Below are positions 60,828 to 62,830 of a stretch of 62,830 bases of DNA, piece by piece. This stretch comes from Acidobacteriota bacterium (GTDB taxonomy: Bacteria > Acidobacteriota > Thermoanaerobaculia > Multivoradales > Multivoraceae): the NCBI GenBank assembly GCA_026708285.1, contig JAPOVF010000260.1, positions 1 through 62,830 on the forward strand, in the 5' to 3' direction. Made by a program: the position numbers and the translations under genes. Every line of letters starts with the position of its first letter. Position 1 is the first letter of the stretch. Under the pieces are notes generated by a model. The model saw only the letters and a program-made list of their open reading frames with translations. It was not told where the DNA came from and did not search any database.

Positions 60828-62630
60828 ATGCGCCTGTCCTTGCAGAACCGTAGGTCACCGCTAGCGCCGGTCACTCTTCTGGCCGCGTTCGTGGCCCTGT
60901 CCCTCGTCCCGCTCCCCGCGGCGAACGCTCAGGAAGAAGCCCAACTCAACGTGATCATGCAGGCGATGCGCGATGAACTGGCGCGCAGCACCGAGCAGCT
61001 CGAGCTGGAAGGACTCGAAAAGCCCTACTTCCTCGCGTACACCGTGCGGGAAACGGAACAGCTGAACGCCGCCGGGAGCTTCGGAGCACTGCTGTCGAGC
61101 TCAGTAAACAAGGGAAAGCGACTGAGCGTCGAAGTGCGCATTGGCGACCCGTCGTTCGACAACACGAACTTTGGCTCCATGTCCCTCTTCCCGTCGAGCT
61201 TCGCGATGGGGGGATTCCTGCCGCTGGAGAACGACTACCGCGAGATCAGGCGGCAGATCTGGCTCGCCACGGACCAGGCCTACAAAGCCGCACTGGAGTC
61301 GCTGGCCGAGAAGCGTGCGGTGCTCCAGAACGAAACGCGGGCCGAGGACATCGCCGACTTCTCATCGGAGGAGCCGTTCACGTACTTCGACCAGGCCGAC
61401 TCCGACCTCCCGCCCCGAACGGCACTCGAAGAACTCGCCCGGGACCTTTCCGCCGCGTTCAGGGACCTGCCCGAGATCTTCAGTTCGAACGTTTCGGTTT
61501 CGGCCGGCAACCGGCGCACCTACTACCTGAACAGTGAGGGCTCCGCGTTCATCCGGTCCGATCCCACCGCTGCGATCGCCGTGGAGGCTCGCACCCAGGC
61601 CACGGACGGTACGGTTCTGAACGACTCCGTCGCGGCCCGCGGCCGTTCCTGGGACGACATCAACGACCGGAACGATCTGGAATCGCGTATTGCCGCAATG
61701 GGCGCCAATCTGACCGCTCGACGTTCTGCAGAGGGTCTCGACCGCTACAGCGGCCCCGTGCTGTTCGAAGGTCAGGCCGCCGCCGAACTGTTCGCTCAGG
61801 TGCTGGTGCCCAGATTGCTGGGCAACCGCGTACCCGACGCTGAACCGAACTTCGCGCGCATGCTGCAGCAGAGCCGCAACCCGTTCCTCGACCGGATCGG
61901 GGCCAGGGTGCTGCCGAGATTCCTCAACATCCACGACGACCCCTCCGCCGACGGCGACGGTTTCCTCGGCGGTTACCCGGTCGACGACGACGGCGTCGAG
62001 GCAAGGTCGAAGGCCCTGGTCGAGAACGGCATCCTGAAGTCTCTGCTCACGTCCCGCAACCCGGTCCCGGGAATCGAGCGAAGCACCGCGAACCGACGCG
62101 GTGAAGGTCCGGCGCCAAGCAACCTGATCGTCGCCTCGCGTCGCGGCATGAACGACGAAGAGCTCCACGCCGAGTTGATGCTGCTCGTCGAGGAACGGGG
62201 AGCCGACTACGGCATCGTCGTCCGCCGCATGGCCAAGCCCGAGTCCACGGGCGATCCGGCGTCCGCCTTGAGCCTCCTGCGCTCGGGACCCCAGGCGGGT
62301 CCACAGCTCGGCATTACCAGCCTCGCCTACAGGGTCTTCCCGGACGGCAGGGAGGAACTGATTCCCAAGGCGGAACTGGTCGCCGTGACCGAAGCAGCGT
62401 TCCGCGACATCGTGGCCGTATCCGATACGTCGACCGTGTACAGCTTCCCCCACACACCCGCCGGTGGGTTGATCCCGTCCTTCCTGGCGGGCGCACTCAG
62501 TGCTCTCGGCCTGGGCGAGCTTGTATCGGTTTCCATCCCCGATCTGCTCTTCGAAGAGCTGAGTCTGCGCAAACCGTCCGGGAACGCTCCCCACCTGCCG
62601 GTGGCGAACCACCCCTCCTTCGACCCCTAG
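60828..62630 (+). CDS. TldE/PmbA-like non-catalytic partner with N-terminal signal peptide
   Basis: Homologous to the upstream gene (AMRDELARS, KPYFLAY, YSGPVLF, DDDGV...LVENGILKSLL, PSNL) but lacks HExxH. Signal ends ANA-Q. Confidence 0.8.
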   Translation: MRLSLQNRRSPLAPVTLLAAFVALSLVPLPAANAQEEAQLNVIMQAMRDELARSTEQLELEGLEKPYFLAYTVRETEQLNAAGSFGALLSSSVNKGKRLSVEVRIGDPSFDNTNFGSMSLFPSSFAMGGFLPLENDYREIRRQIWLATDQAYKAALESLAEKRAVLQNETRAEDIADFSSEEPFTYFDQADSDLPPRTALEELARDLSAAFRDLPEIFSSNVSVSAGNRRTYYLNSEGSAFIRSDPTAAIAVEARTQATDGTVLNDSVAARGRSWDDINDRNDLESRIAAMGANLTARRSAEGLDRYSGPVLFEGQAAAELFAQVLVPRLLGNRVPDAEPNFARMLQQSRNPFLDRIGARVLPRFLNIHDDPSADGDGFLGGYPVDDDGVEARSKALVENGILKSLLTSRNPVPGIERSTANRRGEGPAPSNLIVASRRGMNDEELHAELMLLVEERGADYGIVVRRMAKPESTGDPASALSLLRSGPQAGPQLGITSLAYRVFPDGREELIPKAELVAVTEAAFRDIVAVSDTSTVYSFPHTPAGGLIPSFLAGALSALGLGELVSVSIPDLLFEELSLRKPSGNAPHLPVANHPSFDP

Positions 62631-62830
62631 CGGCCTCGCGGCTCGCTCAACCCCCACAACGCGGACGTCGCGAACTCCAGGCTGTTTCCGTCCGGATCGC
62701 GAAAGTAGATGGATCGTCCGCGACTGCCGCCCCAGTCGATCTCCTGCTCGACCGGAACGTCGTGGCTCTCGAGATGAGCACGCCAGAGGTCGATCTCATC
62801 CTCCGTGACGCCGAACGCAAGATGACCGGG
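62627..62830 (-). CDS. VOC (glyoxalase/bleomycin resistance) family protein, 3' part only
   Basis: Not in the ORF track. The minus strand reads PGHLAFGVTEDEIDLWRAHLESHDV...GRSIYFRDPDGNSLEFAT...*. Confidence 0.88.
   Translation of the reverse strand, partial: PGHLAFGVTEDEIDLWRAHLESHDVPVEQEIDWGGSRGRSIYFRDPDGNSLEFATSALWGLSEPRGR

Noticed and set aside
59092-62630. Functional link between TldD/E ('modulator of DNA gyrase') and Topo VI
   Set aside because: The historical name reflects CcdA/CcdB turnover, not topoisomerase binding. The genes are 50 kb apart and these subunits appear exported.

Overview
GC-rich, densely coding bacterial chromosomal window with about 49 real genes. The gene families and codon style suggest an Acidobacteriota-like, possibly marine or host-associated organism, which is inference only. 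Housekeeping and metabolic content: aceE-aceF-lpdA, TPP riboswitch plus thiC, ispG, hutI/hutFUH, hslR. Less usual content: an archaeal-type DNA topoisomerase VI operon (top6B-top6A), three type II toxin-antitoxin modules, an SCP2-sulfotransferase-DUF1214 operon, a NatB/NatA/NatB-CPBP exporter, many peptidases and an internally deleted M20 peptidase pseudogene. There are three best candidates for undescribed systems. (1) Two adjacent, unrelated envelope-modifying enzymes (an LTA-synthase/sulfatase-fold protein and a GT-C glycosyltransferase) carry the same tandem C-terminal module. (2) A signal-peptide-bearing TldD/TldE protease pair ends a run of five exported proteins (2x DUF3604, one 'ACHEGNY' family protein). 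(3) The bacterial Topo VI-B has a disordered tail ending in a beta-clamp-like motif (QLELV). I recognised no rRNA, tRNA, CRISPR array or transposase. All family calls come from motif recognition by eye, with no database search.
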